Source: Spirochaetia bacterium
Lineage (GTDB): Bacteria; Spirochaetota; Spirochaetia; UBA9216
Length of the DNA stretch: 64,000 bases
Assembly (NCBI GenBank): GCA_965140585.1
Contig: OZ223269.1
Coordinates: forward strand, 128,001-192,000
Direction of reading: 5' to 3'
Shown in pieces: positions 20,222-30,766 of the stretch. Below the pieces are notes generated by a model. That model was not told the origin of the DNA, made no database searches, and saw only the letters and a list, made by a program, of their open reading frames with translations. The position numbers and the translations under genes are program-made. Within the stretch, counting starts at the first letter, position 1. Every line of letters starts with the position of its first letter.

Positions 20222-21979
20222 ATGCCTGCAAGAAAAACTATCAGCATGGAGCGAAACTCCATGCTTTTGTTCAGATTTACCCTGGTTCTTCTCGTTATCA
20301 ATGTACTTGCTTTCTCTGCAATCGGTTTCTCTTTTTTCAGGAACCTGCGTGTTGAGAAAGCCTCAGCTCAGCTTTATAAGGATATTAACAGCCTTGTTGT
20401 GCAAGTGATGTCTGATAAGGCTGATCGTTCAGCCGGCGCAGAATATAAGTACAGGCAGATTTTGGAAGATCTTAAAAAAAACCGCTGGATTTTAAGGCTG
20501 AAAACTCTTTTCCCCGCACCGGAATATCAAAACACTGATGAAAACGAAGAATACAGGGCTGTTATCAGAGAATATGCAACTGCGGCCCGAACTCTTATAA
20601 ATAAAATCACCAGGCGCTCCTACTATATAATAAGTCTTATGATTTTTATATCATGTATCGCCTCTGCCGGTATTCTTGCAAACATGATCAGATGGCGCCG
20701 GCATCAGCTTGTTTTTACACGTGAACTTCATTCCGGATTCAACCGGCTTGAGATGATTCTTAAATACCAGAATCCGCCTTGCATGGATAAGGTTGAATAC
20801 AGGATTAATGAAATTGATGAGCTGAATGCGGTTATAGAACGTATAAGTTCCGATGAATACTATAACAGGGAAGTTCGTGAGGCTACGGTCTCCGGTAACC
20901 TGAATAACTTTCTCGATGATGTATTTGAAAAGCTTGGAAAGCGGATGAGCTGTGACAGGGTTGCTATTGCATTTCTTGATTCTTCAGAGAATCTGATAGC
21001 TGAAACTGCAGTTGCGTCTTATACTAGGATGTCACTGGAACCGGGATTCCGGGAAAATATCAATGACTCATCTCTTCCTGATTTATTAAAAACCGGAAAA
21101 CCTCGGATTATAAATGACCTTCCGACATACGCCAGGGATAGAAAAATTTCAGAAGCAACTGCGAAAATTCTTCATGAGGGCATAAAATCAAGTATGACGA
21201 TTCCAATGTTTTTCGGCAAAAAGTGCCTGGGATTTTTCTTTGTTTCAAGTTTGAATTTAAATGCTTATAATGATGAAACTCTTAATTATACGGTCAGGCT
21301 TGTGAACCTCATAAAGCAGAATCTGTATATTGAATTCCTGCTTCAGGAAATCATTTCCGAAATTACCAATGCCTTTGTTACTCTGATGCATGAAAAAGAT
21401 AATGAAACATCAAATCACATAATCAGAATGTCAGAGTATTCCTATATGATAGCCAGATCTTATCATGAACATATAAAACCCCTGTCTCCCCGGTTTATGC
21501 GTGAGATTCGCTGGTTTTCACCGCTGCATGATATAGGAAAAGTCGGAATTCCCGATGCAATCCTTTTAAAGGAAGGGCCGCTGGATGATTCAGAGATGAC
21601 TGTGATGAAAAGCCATGTCAATATTGGCATGCGTGTAATGGATAAGATGAACAGCAATCTGCTTAATGTGGCCAGTTTTCCGCTTATGCAGACTGCTATC
21701 GAAATTATTTCCGGTCATCATGAAAAATTTGACGGTTCCGGCTATCCTTTCGGCCTTGAAGGCCGGGATATTCCGCTTGCCGGAAGAATTGTTGCAATTG
21801 CCGATGTATTCGATGCCCTGACTTCAAAAAGACCATATAAGGCCGCCTTCAGCATCGAAAAGTCAGTCAGCATTATTGAAGAAGAAATGGGAGCTAACTT
21901 TGATCCTAACTTGATAGAAGCTTTCAAGCTCTGTATGCATGACATCAGACAGATCTATGAGAAGTTCAAGGAAGTCTGA
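20222..21979 (+). CDS. membrane-bound GAF + HD-GYP cyclic-di-nucleotide phosphodiesterase
   Basis: Two TM helices, GAF region, LHDIGK, HHEKFDGSGYP, ADVFDAL. Confidence 0.9.
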   Translation: MPARKTISMERNSMLLFRFTLVLLVINVLAFSAIGFSFFRNLRVEKASAQLYKDINSLVVQVMSDKADRSAGAEYKYRQILEDLKKNRWILRLKTLFPAPEYQNTDENEEYRAVIREYATAARTLINKITRRSYYIISLMIFISCIASAGILANMIRWRRHQLVFTRELHSGFNRLEMILKYQNPPCMDKVEYRINEIDELNAVIERISSDEYYNREVREATVSGNLNNFLDDVFEKLGKRMSCDRVAIAFLDSSENLIAETAVASYTRMSLEPGFRENINDSSLPDLLKTGKPRIINDLPTYARDRKISEATAKILHEGIKSSMTIPMFFGKKCLGFFFVSSLNLNAYNDETLNYTVRLVNLIKQNLYIEFLLQEIISEITNAFVTLMHEKDNETSNHIIRMSEYSYMIARSYHEHIKPLSPRFMREIRWFSPLHDIGKVGIPDAILLKEGPLDDSEMTVMKSHVNIGMRVMDKMNSNLLNVASFPLMQTAIEIISGHHEKFDGSGYPFGLEGRDIPLAGRIVAIADVFDALTSKRPYKAAFSIEKSVSIIEEEMGANFDPNLIEAFKLCMHDIRQIYEKFKEV

Positions 21980-22665
21980 TGGATGATCGTGCGGGACGAA
22001 TTCTTGTACAGTCAGGACTGTTTTCCGGAATTACGCTTGATGTGCTCGATGATCTTTTTAAGAATATTCCGTTTAAAATCTGCCGCTATGATAACAACTC
22101 AATAATCCAGCTGCGCGGTGATCTTGTTGAAGATCTTCGAATAATTATGTCAGGGGAGCTTTCCGCGGAAATCCACGGTGCCGGCGGTAAAAATTTACTT
22201 GTTGAGACCCTTGGTCCCTCATCTGCAATAGCTTCCGGAATTCTATTTTCAGAAGATAATCGTCTGCCTGTAACCCTTGTTGCAAAAAGTGATGTTGAAA
22301 TTTTCTGCATCGGTAAAAAAGAGGTCATTGGACTCTGTCAGAGTTCGGCTGTTTTTATGCAGAATTTTCTTGCTGATATGGGAAGCCGAATCAGTTTTCT
22401 TGCAGAGAAGATCCGGCTGCTGCAGTTCAGTACTATAAGACAGAAAATATGCGGGTATATACTTGGACTGTCAGTAGAACGCGGGAAGGAGCTGGTTAAG
22501 CTGGGCTACAACCGTGAAAAACTCGCTGAACTGATGAGTGTCGCCAGGCCCAGTCTGTCACGCGAATTTTCAAATCTGGTTTCAAGGGGTATCATATCCG
22601 TAGAAGGCTCTGAGGTTAGAATACTGGACAGAGCTGCTATCGAAGAAATAATGGTCGAAGATTAG
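21979..22665 (+). CDS. hcpR: Crp/Fnr-family regulator, probably HcpR
   Basis: cNMP-binding fold plus HTH with VARPSLSRE; close to hcp. Confidence 0.75.
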   Translation: MDDRAGRILVQSGLFSGITLDVLDDLFKNIPFKICRYDNNSIIQLRGDLVEDLRIIMSGELSAEIHGAGGKNLLVETLGPSSAIASGILFSEDNRLPVTLVAKSDVEIFCIGKKEVIGLCQSSAVFMQNFLADMGSRISFLAEKIRLLQFSTIRQKICGYILGLSVERGKELVKLGYNREKLAELMSVARPSLSREFSNLVSRGIISVEGSEVRILDRAAIEEIMVED

Positions 22666-23129
22666 TGGAAGAGTTAAAAGTCGTTTATACCGATGTAGTA
22701 AATCCGGATTTTATAAATTTATGCCGTCTGCTTGATTCAGATCTTGATGAACTGGTCGGAGGACATGTTCAGCGTGAGCAGTATGTACAATACAATCAGC
22801 TTGATGATATCCATGATGTTATAGTTATTTACGCTGATGATACTCCTTCAGCCTGCGGTGCATTCAAGCAATATGATGAGGTTTCTGCAGAGATTAAAAG
22901 AGTGTATGTTAAACCCGGGCAAAGGGGTCGAGGATTAGCGGTTCGTCTGATGTCGGAGCTTGAGCAGAAAGCGGCTTTAAAGGGTTATACCCGCCTGATT
23001 CTTGAGACAGGAGCACCGCTTAAAGCTGCGATGAAGCTGTATCTGAGGCTTGGGTATTCTGTAATTGAAAACTACGGTCAGTACCGGGATATGCCGGAAT
23101 CTATCTGTATGGCTAAAAACATCCAATGA
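22665..23129 (+). CDS. GNAT N-acetyltransferase
   Basis: AEIKRVYV, RGRGLA, LETG...A..LY..LGY. Confidence 0.88.
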   Translation: MEELKVVYTDVVNPDFINLCRLLDSDLDELVGGHVQREQYVQYNQLDDIHDVIVIYADDTPSACGAFKQYDEVSAEIKRVYVKPGQRGRGLAVRLMSELEQKAALKGYTRLILETGAPLKAAMKLYLRLGYSVIENYGQYRDMPESICMAKNIQ

Positions 23130-23201
23130 ATTAAATGCTGCTGATAAAAAAACCCCAAGGCCTGAACCCCGGGGGATAATATCTGCTGTAAGTATGACTG
23201 C

Positions 23202-24830
23202 TTATGCTCCCATAAACATCTTTATATCATCCTCAACTTCACCTATTCCGGCAATACCGAAATTCTCAATAAGAACATTAGCCACATTCGGGCTGAGGAA
23301 GGCGGGGAGAGTCGGGCCGAGATGAATGTTTTTAACACCAAGGTAGAGAAGAGCCAGAAGCACTATTACAGCCTTCTGCTCATACCAGGCAATGTTGTAG
23401 GAGATAGGCAGGTCATTGATGTCGTTAAGTTCAAACACTTCTTTAAGCTTAAGCGCAATCACCGCCAGTGAGTAGGAATCGTTGCACTGTCCTGCATCCA
23501 GAACCCTTGGTATTCCGCCGATATCTCCGAGTGCGAGTTTATTGTACCGGTACTTTGCGCAGCCGGCTGTAAGTATAACAGTATCCTGCGGAAGCTGCTG
23601 TGCAAAATCGGAGTAGTAGTCGCGGCTCTTCATCCGGCCGTCGCAACCAGCCATTACAAAAAACTGCTTTATTGCCCCGCTTTTTACTGCATCTACAACC
23701 TTGTCTGCAAGCGCCAGTACCTGCGCGTGTGCGAATCCGCCTACAATCTCACCCTCTTCAATCTGAACGGGAGCCTGACATTTTTTCGCATGCTCAATCA
23801 CTGCCGAGAAGTCCTTCTCTCCGGCCTTACCTTTAATATGCTTTACGCCTTCAAAGCCTGCTGCTCCGGTGGTGTATACCCTGTCTTTATAGGAATCTTT
23901 AGGCGGTGTAATACAGTTTGTTGTAAAAATAATCGGGCCGTTGAAAGATTCAAACTCAGTATTCTGCTTCCACCATGCATTACCGTAATTGCCCACAAAG
24001 TGGCTGTATTTCTTGAAGGCCGGGTAGTAGTTTGCCGGAAGCATTTCACTGTGGGTGTATACATCTACTCCGGTCCCTTCGGTCTGAGCCAGAAGCTGTT
24101 CCATATCCTTCAGATCATGTCCTGAAATCAGGATTCCCGGGTTTGAACCGGTACCGATGTTGACCTTTGTGATTTCGGGATTACCGTATAACTCAGTGTT
24201 GGCCTTATCAAGCAGAGCCATCACATCTACACCATTCTTTCCGCATTCGAGAACCAGTGCAGTCAGTTCATCTGCACTCAGATTATCGTTTACAGTTGCA
24301 GCAAGCCCCTTGTAGAGGAAAGAAAATACAGAATCATTAAAATATCCCAGGTTTGCCGCATGCTCGGCATATGCAGCCATACCCTTGAGTCCGTAAACCA
24401 GCAGCTCACGAAGTGAACGTACATCCTCATTTTCTGTAGCCAATACTCCTACAGTTGCTGCTTTTATTTCGTATTCAGCCTCCGTTTTAGGGCTCCATAC
24501 TGCGCAATCGGGAAGGCTTCCATCAACTGTTACCCTTGACTTGAGGCTGTCCCTGATAGCAAGCGCTTCCTTCACGGCTTTTACGAACACAGCCTTGTCA
24601 AAATTGGCATTGGTTATTGTCTTAAAAAGGCTGTCGTACATGAATTTATCAGTTGCAGCATCGGTTACGCTGTTATCGCCTGCTTTCTCTGCATAGAAGG
24701 CAATTCCCTTAAGTGTAAAAATAAGCAGGTCCTGCATATTGGCAACATCGTCGCTCTTACCGCATACTCCCTTAACTGTACATCCGGTTCCTTTTGCGGC
24801 TTCCTGACACTGAAAACAAAACATCGACAT
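23202..24830 (-). CDS. hcp: hybrid cluster protein (hydroxylamine/NO reductase)
   Basis: MFCFQCQE...C...GVCGK, SGHDL, GCDG, AGCAK, GQCND, WYEQKA. Confidence 0.97.
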   Translation of the reverse strand: MSMFCFQCQEAAKGTGCTVKGVCGKSDDVANMQDLLIFTLKGIAFYAEKAGDNSVTDAATDKFMYDSLFKTITNANFDKAVFVKAVKEALAIRDSLKSRVTVDGSLPDCAVWSPKTEAEYEIKAATVGVLATENEDVRSLRELLVYGLKGMAAYAEHAANLGYFNDSVFSFLYKGLAATVNDNLSADELTALVLECGKNGVDVMALLDKANTELYGNPEITKVNIGTGSNPGILISGHDLKDMEQLLAQTEGTGVDVYTHSEMLPANYYPAFKKYSHFVGNYGNAWWKQNTEFESFNGPIIFTTNCITPPKDSYKDRVYTTGAAGFEGVKHIKGKAGEKDFSAVIEHAKKCQAPVQIEEGEIVGGFAHAQVLALADKVVDAVKSGAIKQFFVMAGCDGRMKSRDYYSDFAQQLPQDTVILTAGCAKYRYNKLALGDIGGIPRVLDAGQCNDSYSLAVIALKLKEVFELNDINDLPISYNIAWYEQKAVIVLLALLYLGVKNIHLGPTLPAFLSPNVANVLIENFGIAGIGEVEDDIKMFMGA

Positions 24831-24896
24831 ATAAAACTCCTTTGTTGTCTCTTAAAAAGTATACAGGTACTCTAATACCGGAATTGAGTTAATGCT

Positions 24897-24910
24897 GTAA
24901 CATATGTTAC
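24897..24910. promoter_or_regulatory. HcpR-type operator GTAAC-N4-GTTAC
   Basis: Perfect palindrome GTAACATATGTTAC 66 bp upstream of hcp; matches the motif known for clostridial/Treponema HcpR. Confidence 0.8.
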
Positions 24911-24961
24911 GAAATTAAAAAATAATGGTCGAATTTTTCATAAAGTGGCATATTATAACTG

Positions 24962-25609
24962 ATGAAAAAGAAGCCTGTTTTTACTTTATTATCAGTTTGC
25001 TGCCTTCTTATGCAGTCCTGTCTGACTTTCGCAGGAGATGGAACAATGAATGTGCCCTATTATGTTCAGGGAAAGGATGCCTCCTGGGCTGATGAAAAGC
25101 TTGGGAATAAATCGGAGTTCACAATCAGAACTCACGGCTGCGCCCTTACTTCAATTGCGATGATAGCTTCATACCACACAAAGAAGAACTATAATCCGTC
25201 CAAAATGAATGACTGGCTTAAGGCTAATAACGGCTTTGATGATGCCTGGGAAGGCGGTAAATACGTCGGTGAGGTTCAGCTGCGCTGGCCGGCAATGACA
25301 GCTTTCGATGACGGCTGGGTTTATACCCGCTTTGACTGGAGCGCGCTTCCGGCAGATCTTGTCCTGATCGAATACTATCTTGATAAGAGAATCCCGGTTA
25401 TTGCCGAAGTTCTCTACAAGGGGGCGCCTCATTATGTAGTTCTTACAGGATATGGAGAGAACGGGTTTGAAATGAATGATCCTGAATTTCCTGATGAACA
25501 TATATTTAATAATCAGTATAATATCTCAGACAAATGGGGTTCCGGGCCGGCAAGAAACATCTACGGTATACGAATCCTTTACCCGGGAGATTTAAATGGC
25601 AAAGGTTAA
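24962..25609 (+). CDS. exported C39-like (papain-fold) peptidase
   Basis: Signal peptide, Q...GCALTS, HYVV, NDP (Cys-His-Asp). Confidence 0.8.
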   Translation: MKKKPVFTLLSVCCLLMQSCLTFAGDGTMNVPYYVQGKDASWADEKLGNKSEFTIRTHGCALTSIAMIASYHTKKNYNPSKMNDWLKANNGFDDAWEGGKYVGEVQLRWPAMTAFDDGWVYTRFDWSALPADLVLIEYYLDKRIPVIAEVLYKGAPHYVVLTGYGENGFEMNDPEFPDEHIFNNQYNISDKWGSGPARNIYGIRILYPGDLNGKG

Positions 25610-25841
25610 ACTGATTGCGGACCTGAATAATGCTACAGAGGCTGAGCTGGTCGCAAATATACTTAAAACTGAAGAAATACCCTATAATATAAAAAGCAAC
25701 GAAACAACAGCCTATGACGGGCTTTTTACTCTTGAACACGGCTGGGGTAGTATTGAGGCGCCCGAAGAGTATGAGACTCAGATACTTCAGATTCTGGCTG
25801 ATTTCAGGGAAGGGCAGTTCGAAGAGGATGGAAGTGAATAG
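25596..25841 (+). CDS. small DUF2007-like protein
   Basis: EAELVANILKTEEIPY...G.IEAPEEY...ILQIL pattern; overlaps the upstream stop. Confidence 0.65.
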   Translation: MAKVKLIADLNNATEAELVANILKTEEIPYNIKSNETTAYDGLFTLEHGWGSIEAPEEYETQILQILADFREGQFEEDGSE

Positions 25842-25972
25842 TAGCCGCGATTCGTCGCATACATCCAGTTCTTCCAGATAATCATCAGCAGACTTCAATT
25901 GTTGCAGCAAAAACCGGATAAACATATAAAAAATTAATGTCTGATCACTTTAAATAGTACATAATTAAGTTA

Positions 25973-26974
25973 ATGAAAACTTTCGGAACGTATTTCCATC
26001 CTGAAACCTGTATGACAATAAAACCGATGAACGAGATTGAATTCATTGGTCAGTCGCTTGATTATTATGAAGAGGTCCGGGCAGGGATAAGAAAAGAACT
26101 GAGGGTCCCAGAACTGCCTCTGAACCGGGTTGAGTTTGATGAGTTTAAGTCGGTTCATGGCAAAGAATATCTTGATGCAATCAAAGCCTTTGCAGGCGGT
26201 GATGAACAGGCCGATCTCACTATAAGCGCTGAATGTTTCAATCTGCCTCTTGCCCTTCCCGGTTTTGAATACGGTCTCGGCGGTCTTTATTCGGCAGTTG
26301 ATCTGATGAAAAGGGGAGTTCTGGACCGCGCATACTGTTTTACCCAGCCAAGTCATCATTCATTTCCATCCAGTGGGCATGGCTACTGTCTGCTGAATTC
26401 CATGGCAGCTGCGGCACTGTATGCGCAGAAATCCGGATTCAGGAAAATCCTTATCATTGACTGGGATTTTCATCATGGAGACGGAACCCAGACAATATTT
26501 GAGAATGACAGTTCGGTTTACATCATAGAGATTCACAGCGCAATAGACCTGTACATGAGTATGGTTAAATCAATAGAGCTCGGAACTACTGTCTATTCAT
26601 CCTCAGTAGGCCACTGCAGTATTCCGGTTCTCGATGAAAACTATACCGATGAGTTTTTTCATGATGAACTCGGGCTGAAGGGTGATGTCTTCAGGGCTGA
26701 GAATGTTATGATGCAGTTCCGTCTTGCACTTGAAAATCTTCCGTTCACACCGGATATGATCTTTGTCTTCGACGGACATGACGGACATACCCTTGACTGC
26801 GGGAAGTATGTGACCAAGTTTGAGTATGAGGATTTTGCCATGATGACAAGGGCTGTCATTGAAATTTCAAATAAATACAATGCTCCGGTTATTTCCCTGC
26901 CCGGAGGCGGATATGAGCTTGATATAACTGTAAACTCAGCGGCTGCTCATATGAGCGAGCTGTTTCTAAGCTGA
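25973..26974 (+). CDS. Zn-dependent histone-deacetylase-family hydrolase
   Basis: PSHH, GYCLLN, DWDFHHGDGT, DGHDGH, GGGY. Confidence 0.9.
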   Translation: MKTFGTYFHPETCMTIKPMNEIEFIGQSLDYYEEVRAGIRKELRVPELPLNRVEFDEFKSVHGKEYLDAIKAFAGGDEQADLTISAECFNLPLALPGFEYGLGGLYSAVDLMKRGVLDRAYCFTQPSHHSFPSSGHGYCLLNSMAAAALYAQKSGFRKILIIDWDFHHGDGTQTIFENDSSVYIIEIHSAIDLYMSMVKSIELGTTVYSSSVGHCSIPVLDENYTDEFFHDELGLKGDVFRAENVMMQFRLALENLPFTPDMIFVFDGHDGHTLDCGKYVTKFEYEDFAMMTRAVIEISNKYNAPVISLPGGGYELDITVNSAAAHMSELFLS

Positions 26975-26976
26975 AA

Positions 26977-28044
26977 ATGACTGATAAAGAACTTTATAAA
27001 AAAATCAGAGGATGCATCTTTGGTGCTGTAATCGGTGACGCGATAGGTGAGAATTTCGGAGCAAGGGACAAAGATTATATTGAAACCGAACTCCAAAAGT
27101 CCGCCGTCATACGCTATACCGATGATTCGCTGATGAGTTTCGGCATATGTCAGCAGCTGATTGTGCATGGTGAGATCAGGGTTGAACAGCTTTCGGATAT
27201 CTTCATGTATGATCATCTTGCAAATCTCGATCGGGCATATGGGACAGGAGCCTATTTCCTTTTCAATATCCGAAAGGATACAGCGGGCGTGTCCTCAAAG
27301 AGGCTGAACCGCTTTGTCAGCGAGCTTCTCTACAAAAACAGCCGCGGTTCAATGGGCAACGGCGCCTGCATGCGTACCTCTCCAATCGGGCTGTGGTTCT
27401 GCGATAGACCCCGGCTTATAAAAAAGAATGCCGTAAAATCAGCCCGAACAACCCACATCCATCCGCTGGGCGTTGATTCAGCTGTAATTATGGCAAAGGC
27501 TGCAGCGCTTGCTTTAGATGCTGATAAAATCAGTAACGATGATTTCATAGCTGAACTGCTAAAAGTATCTTCAACTGGAGCGTTCAGGGGAGCGCTTAAA
27601 AAAATAAGAACACTGCTTAACATCGGGGCTGATTCGGACGAATGCATGAACTCCTTTCTTCGTAATGAGACGGCAGTTGAATCGCTTCCTTTTTCAATTC
27701 TAACTTTTTTAAGAAACAAGGATTCTTTTGAAGACTGCCTTTATGAAGCAGTTGGCGCAGGCGGAGATACTGATACAATTTCATCCATGGCATGCGCCCT
27801 GAGCGGTGCTTCTCTGGGAATAGAAGGAATTCCGGAGAGGCTTTTATCCGTGATTGAAAACTATGATTACATTGAAAAATTAATTGATTACTTTATACGG
27901 GCACGAAGCGAAGAGGATGTTAAACAGGATTTTCTTGATATGAAAGATGAAACTTTCCCGGGGGCTCTGCTTGAGGAGAATGATAAAGTGTCTTTCAAAA
28001 ATATTGATAAACTCCCCATTGTCAGGGCTATGAAGGAATTGTGA
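26977..28044 (+). CDS. ADP-ribosylglycohydrolase (DraG/ARH family)
   Basis: IGDAIG, YTDDS, GNGACMR, GGDTDT. Confidence 0.92.
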   Translation: MTDKELYKKIRGCIFGAVIGDAIGENFGARDKDYIETELQKSAVIRYTDDSLMSFGICQQLIVHGEIRVEQLSDIFMYDHLANLDRAYGTGAYFLFNIRKDTAGVSSKRLNRFVSELLYKNSRGSMGNGACMRTSPIGLWFCDRPRLIKKNAVKSARTTHIHPLGVDSAVIMAKAAALALDADKISNDDFIAELLKVSSTGAFRGALKKIRTLLNIGADSDECMNSFLRNETAVESLPFSILTFLRNKDSFEDCLYEAVGAGGDTDTISSMACALSGASLGIEGIPERLLSVIENYDYIEKLIDYFIRARSEEDVKQDFLDMKDETFPGALLEENDKVSFKNIDKLPIVRAMKEL

Positions 28045-28064
28045 TGAAAGGAGAATTATAAGCC

Positions 28065-29156
28065 TTGAATTTTTTAGAACCGAAATTTCTTGAAATACTA
28101 AGAACCCCTGAGATAAAGAATGTGCTGCTTGTCGGTTGCGGTGGAGGCTTTGATTTCATTCACGGGATGTTGCTTTATCCTGCGCTGATGGAGCTGAACA
28201 AGAATGTTGTGATAGGAAGCTATTCATTCGGACTGACTGATAAGATCAATTGTGAAACGGTGAATATTCCCGGTATAAATGACATTGAAATCAAACTTTG
28301 TACAGGCTCAATTATACCGGATCCTCATTATGCTCCCGAGATAAATGTCTGCAGATATCTTGATGCTGTCTACCCGGAAACCTCACACTCTGTCTACGCC
28401 TATTATGCCAGAGACTTTAATGTCGGAAAACTGAAAAGACTGTATGAATATATATGTAAGAAGCATTCCATCGACTGTATTATTGCAATTGATGGAGGTT
28501 CCGATTCTCTGATGACTGGTGATGAAGCCGGTCTTGGAGACGTTATCGAGGATCTTGTATCGGTCACTGCCATATCACTGCTGTCCTGTGATATACCTAA
28601 ACTCCTTTTCACAGTCGGACTGGGAGCTGACAGATTCAACGATGTTTCTGACGCCTCCGCGCTTCGTGCAGTAAGTGAACTGCAGCGGACCGGCGGATAT
28701 CTGGGCTCACTGGGACTTGATAAATCGGCAGCTTCCTTTATTTTTTATAAAAACTGTATTGAGTATATCTATGATAAGCAGACGTTCAGATCCACGGTTG
28801 CAGGCTTTATTCTTGGAAGTATTGAAGGATACTACGGAAATGAAGAGGTTCCTGTATATCTGAACCGTAAATTTAAATCCAAAGATAAGTTTGCCTTCTG
28901 GCCGGTTATGGGATTTCTGTTTGCCTTTGATATTGTGAAAGTAGCAGAACGTTCCCATCTTCCAGAAGTAATCAGAAACTGCTCTTCTGTCCCTCATACC
29001 TGGAAGGCTGTTACCACATTCAGGAAGAGTATCAGCGAAAGAATCCGAATGATAGAAAACCTGCCCCAGTATGAAGATATGCGTGCCGTGGAGCGGTATA
29101 ATTTTACGACCGGTTCACTTGAAGGGGGAGTCTATGACGAACTGCCTGAACTGTGA
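28065..29156 (+). CDS. DUF1152-family protein
   Basis: GCGGGFD and IDGGSDSLMTGDEAGLGDVIED; TTG start after AGGAG. Confidence 0.75.
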   Translation: MNFLEPKFLEILRTPEIKNVLLVGCGGGFDFIHGMLLYPALMELNKNVVIGSYSFGLTDKINCETVNIPGINDIEIKLCTGSIIPDPHYAPEINVCRYLDAVYPETSHSVYAYYARDFNVGKLKRLYEYICKKHSIDCIIAIDGGSDSLMTGDEAGLGDVIEDLVSVTAISLLSCDIPKLLFTVGLGADRFNDVSDASALRAVSELQRTGGYLGSLGLDKSAASFIFYKNCIEYIYDKQTFRSTVAGFILGSIEGYYGNEEVPVYLNRKFKSKDKFAFWPVMGFLFAFDIVKVAERSHLPEVIRNCSSVPHTWKAVTTFRKSISERIRMIENLPQYEDMRAVERYNFTTGSLEGGVYDELPEL

Positions 29157-29174
29157 AAAAACTGCATATTTTAT

Positions 29175-29226
29175 TTGAAAAAAATCATATTCAGGTATAA
29201 ACTTATCTAAGTGTGAATAACACACT
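29175..29226 (+). promoter_or_regulatory. sigma70 promoter followed by an NrtR-type operator
   Basis: TTGAAA-17-TAAACT at 29175-29203, then the palindrome AGTGTGAATAACACACT at 29210-29226 with a GT-N7-AC core. Confidence 0.7.
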
Positions 29227-29266
29227 AAGAAGGCCGCTATAACATTATTTAAAAAAGGAGCCTCTA

Positions 29267-30766
29267 TTGAAAACTTTCAGCTATAAAATAATCTGGGAAG
29301 GCGATACGAAATTTCCTGTAAAACAGGTGAGTTTTCAGAAGATCAATTACAGATTTACTCAGGTTCCGGCAGGAGCGGATGTCAGAATCTTCGACGCCCG
29401 CAGATGGGACAAATACTGCGATGCTCAGGATTTCTACCGAAAAATGTCGATCCCGTCACTTGTAATTGTTCCTGATGAGCTTGAGTCTGTATGGCTGCGG
29501 AAACTGCTGCCGGAAGACAGCGTTGTACTTTCCTCATCCTTTGACGAAAACTTTACACTGCATCTAGTAAGATTCTGTATAAACACTCATGCAAGACAGC
29601 GGTCGCTAAAAATGTCGCTTACAGATCCGTTAACAGGACTTCTTCCACGGAGTGAAATTTCAAGACGTCTCAGGTTCGAACTGTTTATGAATGAATCTGA
29701 GAAACCTGTTTCACTTATGATGATGGATATAGATAATTTTAAAATAATCAATGACACCTTCGGTTTTCAAAACGGAGACAGGCTGCTTCGAAGGATTGCT
29801 GGTATTCTCCGGAACTGCATGACCGGTGAAAACGGGATCTGCCGCATGGGCGGTGATGAATTTGCAGTTGTAAGCAGAATGAACAGACAGCAGGCTGCAG
29901 GAGCTGCTGATTTTATCCGTAGAGAGGTTGAGCAGCTTGATATTAAGGATTTAATCTCCGGAGTTGAAATTAAAGGTGATTTTTCTGTTTCAATTAGTAT
30001 TGGAATCTGTGTTGCCGATACACCTATGGACAGTGAGGAGATGTTCAACGAGGCTGACAGCGCCCTGTACATGGCAAAGGGTGCAGGACGCAACAGGGTG
30101 GAAGTTGCCGGCGGAACCGATAATCCTGAATCAGACCCGGCGGATGTTATGATAAAATACTTTGAAAACAGGGTTAAAGTTCTTACAGACAGGCTTACTG
30201 CGGCGCTATCATCCAGCAGCCGGAAGTTCGTTAGCAGTATGGCGCAGCAGGCGGATACCGACGGACTGACAGCTCTCTTTGACCGCGGATATTTCAACCG
30301 CAGGATGAAGCGTGAGTTTGACAGGGCCAGGGAATACAAACATCCTCTATCACTTATCTTTGTTGATATAGATTTCTTCGGTCAGGTCAACAAGACCTAC
30401 GGATGGCCGACCGGTGACCGGGCTCTTCAGCATGTGGCTGAAGTAATTAAGGGCTCTGTCCGTACAGTGGACTGGGTTGCCAGATACGGCGGTGAAGAAA
30501 TGTGTGTTGTACTGCCTGATACAAATGAGGATGAAGCAAATGAGGTCGCCGAGCGTATATGGATAAATGCGGGCGAGGCACAGATTAATGCCTACGACGG
30601 CAGCCGTTTTACAATAACCCTCAGTGTCGGTGTAGCGGAGTTATCGCATAAGGATGATCAGCTTATTGACTTTATTCAGAGAACAAGCGAACGTACTAGA
30701 TGCGCTAAGGAAAACGGCAGAAACCAAATCTGCCAGAAGGACAGGATTACAGATGTACCAGTATAA
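29267..30766 (+). CDS. diguanylate cyclase with two GGDEF domains
   Basis: TDPLTGL...RMGGDEF and TDGLTAL...RTVD...RYGGEEM. Confidence 0.9.
   Translation: MKTFSYKIIWEGDTKFPVKQVSFQKINYRFTQVPAGADVRIFDARRWDKYCDAQDFYRKMSIPSLVIVPDELESVWLRKLLPEDSVVLSSSFDENFTLHLVRFCINTHARQRSLKMSLTDPLTGLLPRSEISRRLRFELFMNESEKPVSLMMMDIDNFKIINDTFGFQNGDRLLRRIAGILRNCMTGENGICRMGGDEFAVVSRMNRQQAAGAADFIRREVEQLDIKDLISGVEIKGDFSVSISIGICVADTPMDSEEMFNEADSALYMAKGAGRNRVEVAGGTDNPESDPADVMIKYFENRVKVLTDRLTAALSSSSRKFVSSMAQQADTDGLTALFDRGYFNRRMKREFDRAREYKHPLSLIFVDIDFFGQVNKTYGWPTGDRALQHVAEVIKGSVRTVDWVARYGGEEMCVVLPDTNEDEANEVAERIWINAGEAQINAYDGSRFTITLSVGVAELSHKDDQLIDFIQRTSERTRCAKENGRNQICQKDRITDVPV

Noticed and set aside
25506-25925. 139-aa minus-strand ORF
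   Set aside because: Mostly antisense to the DUF2007-like and peptidase genes; no RBS or motif.
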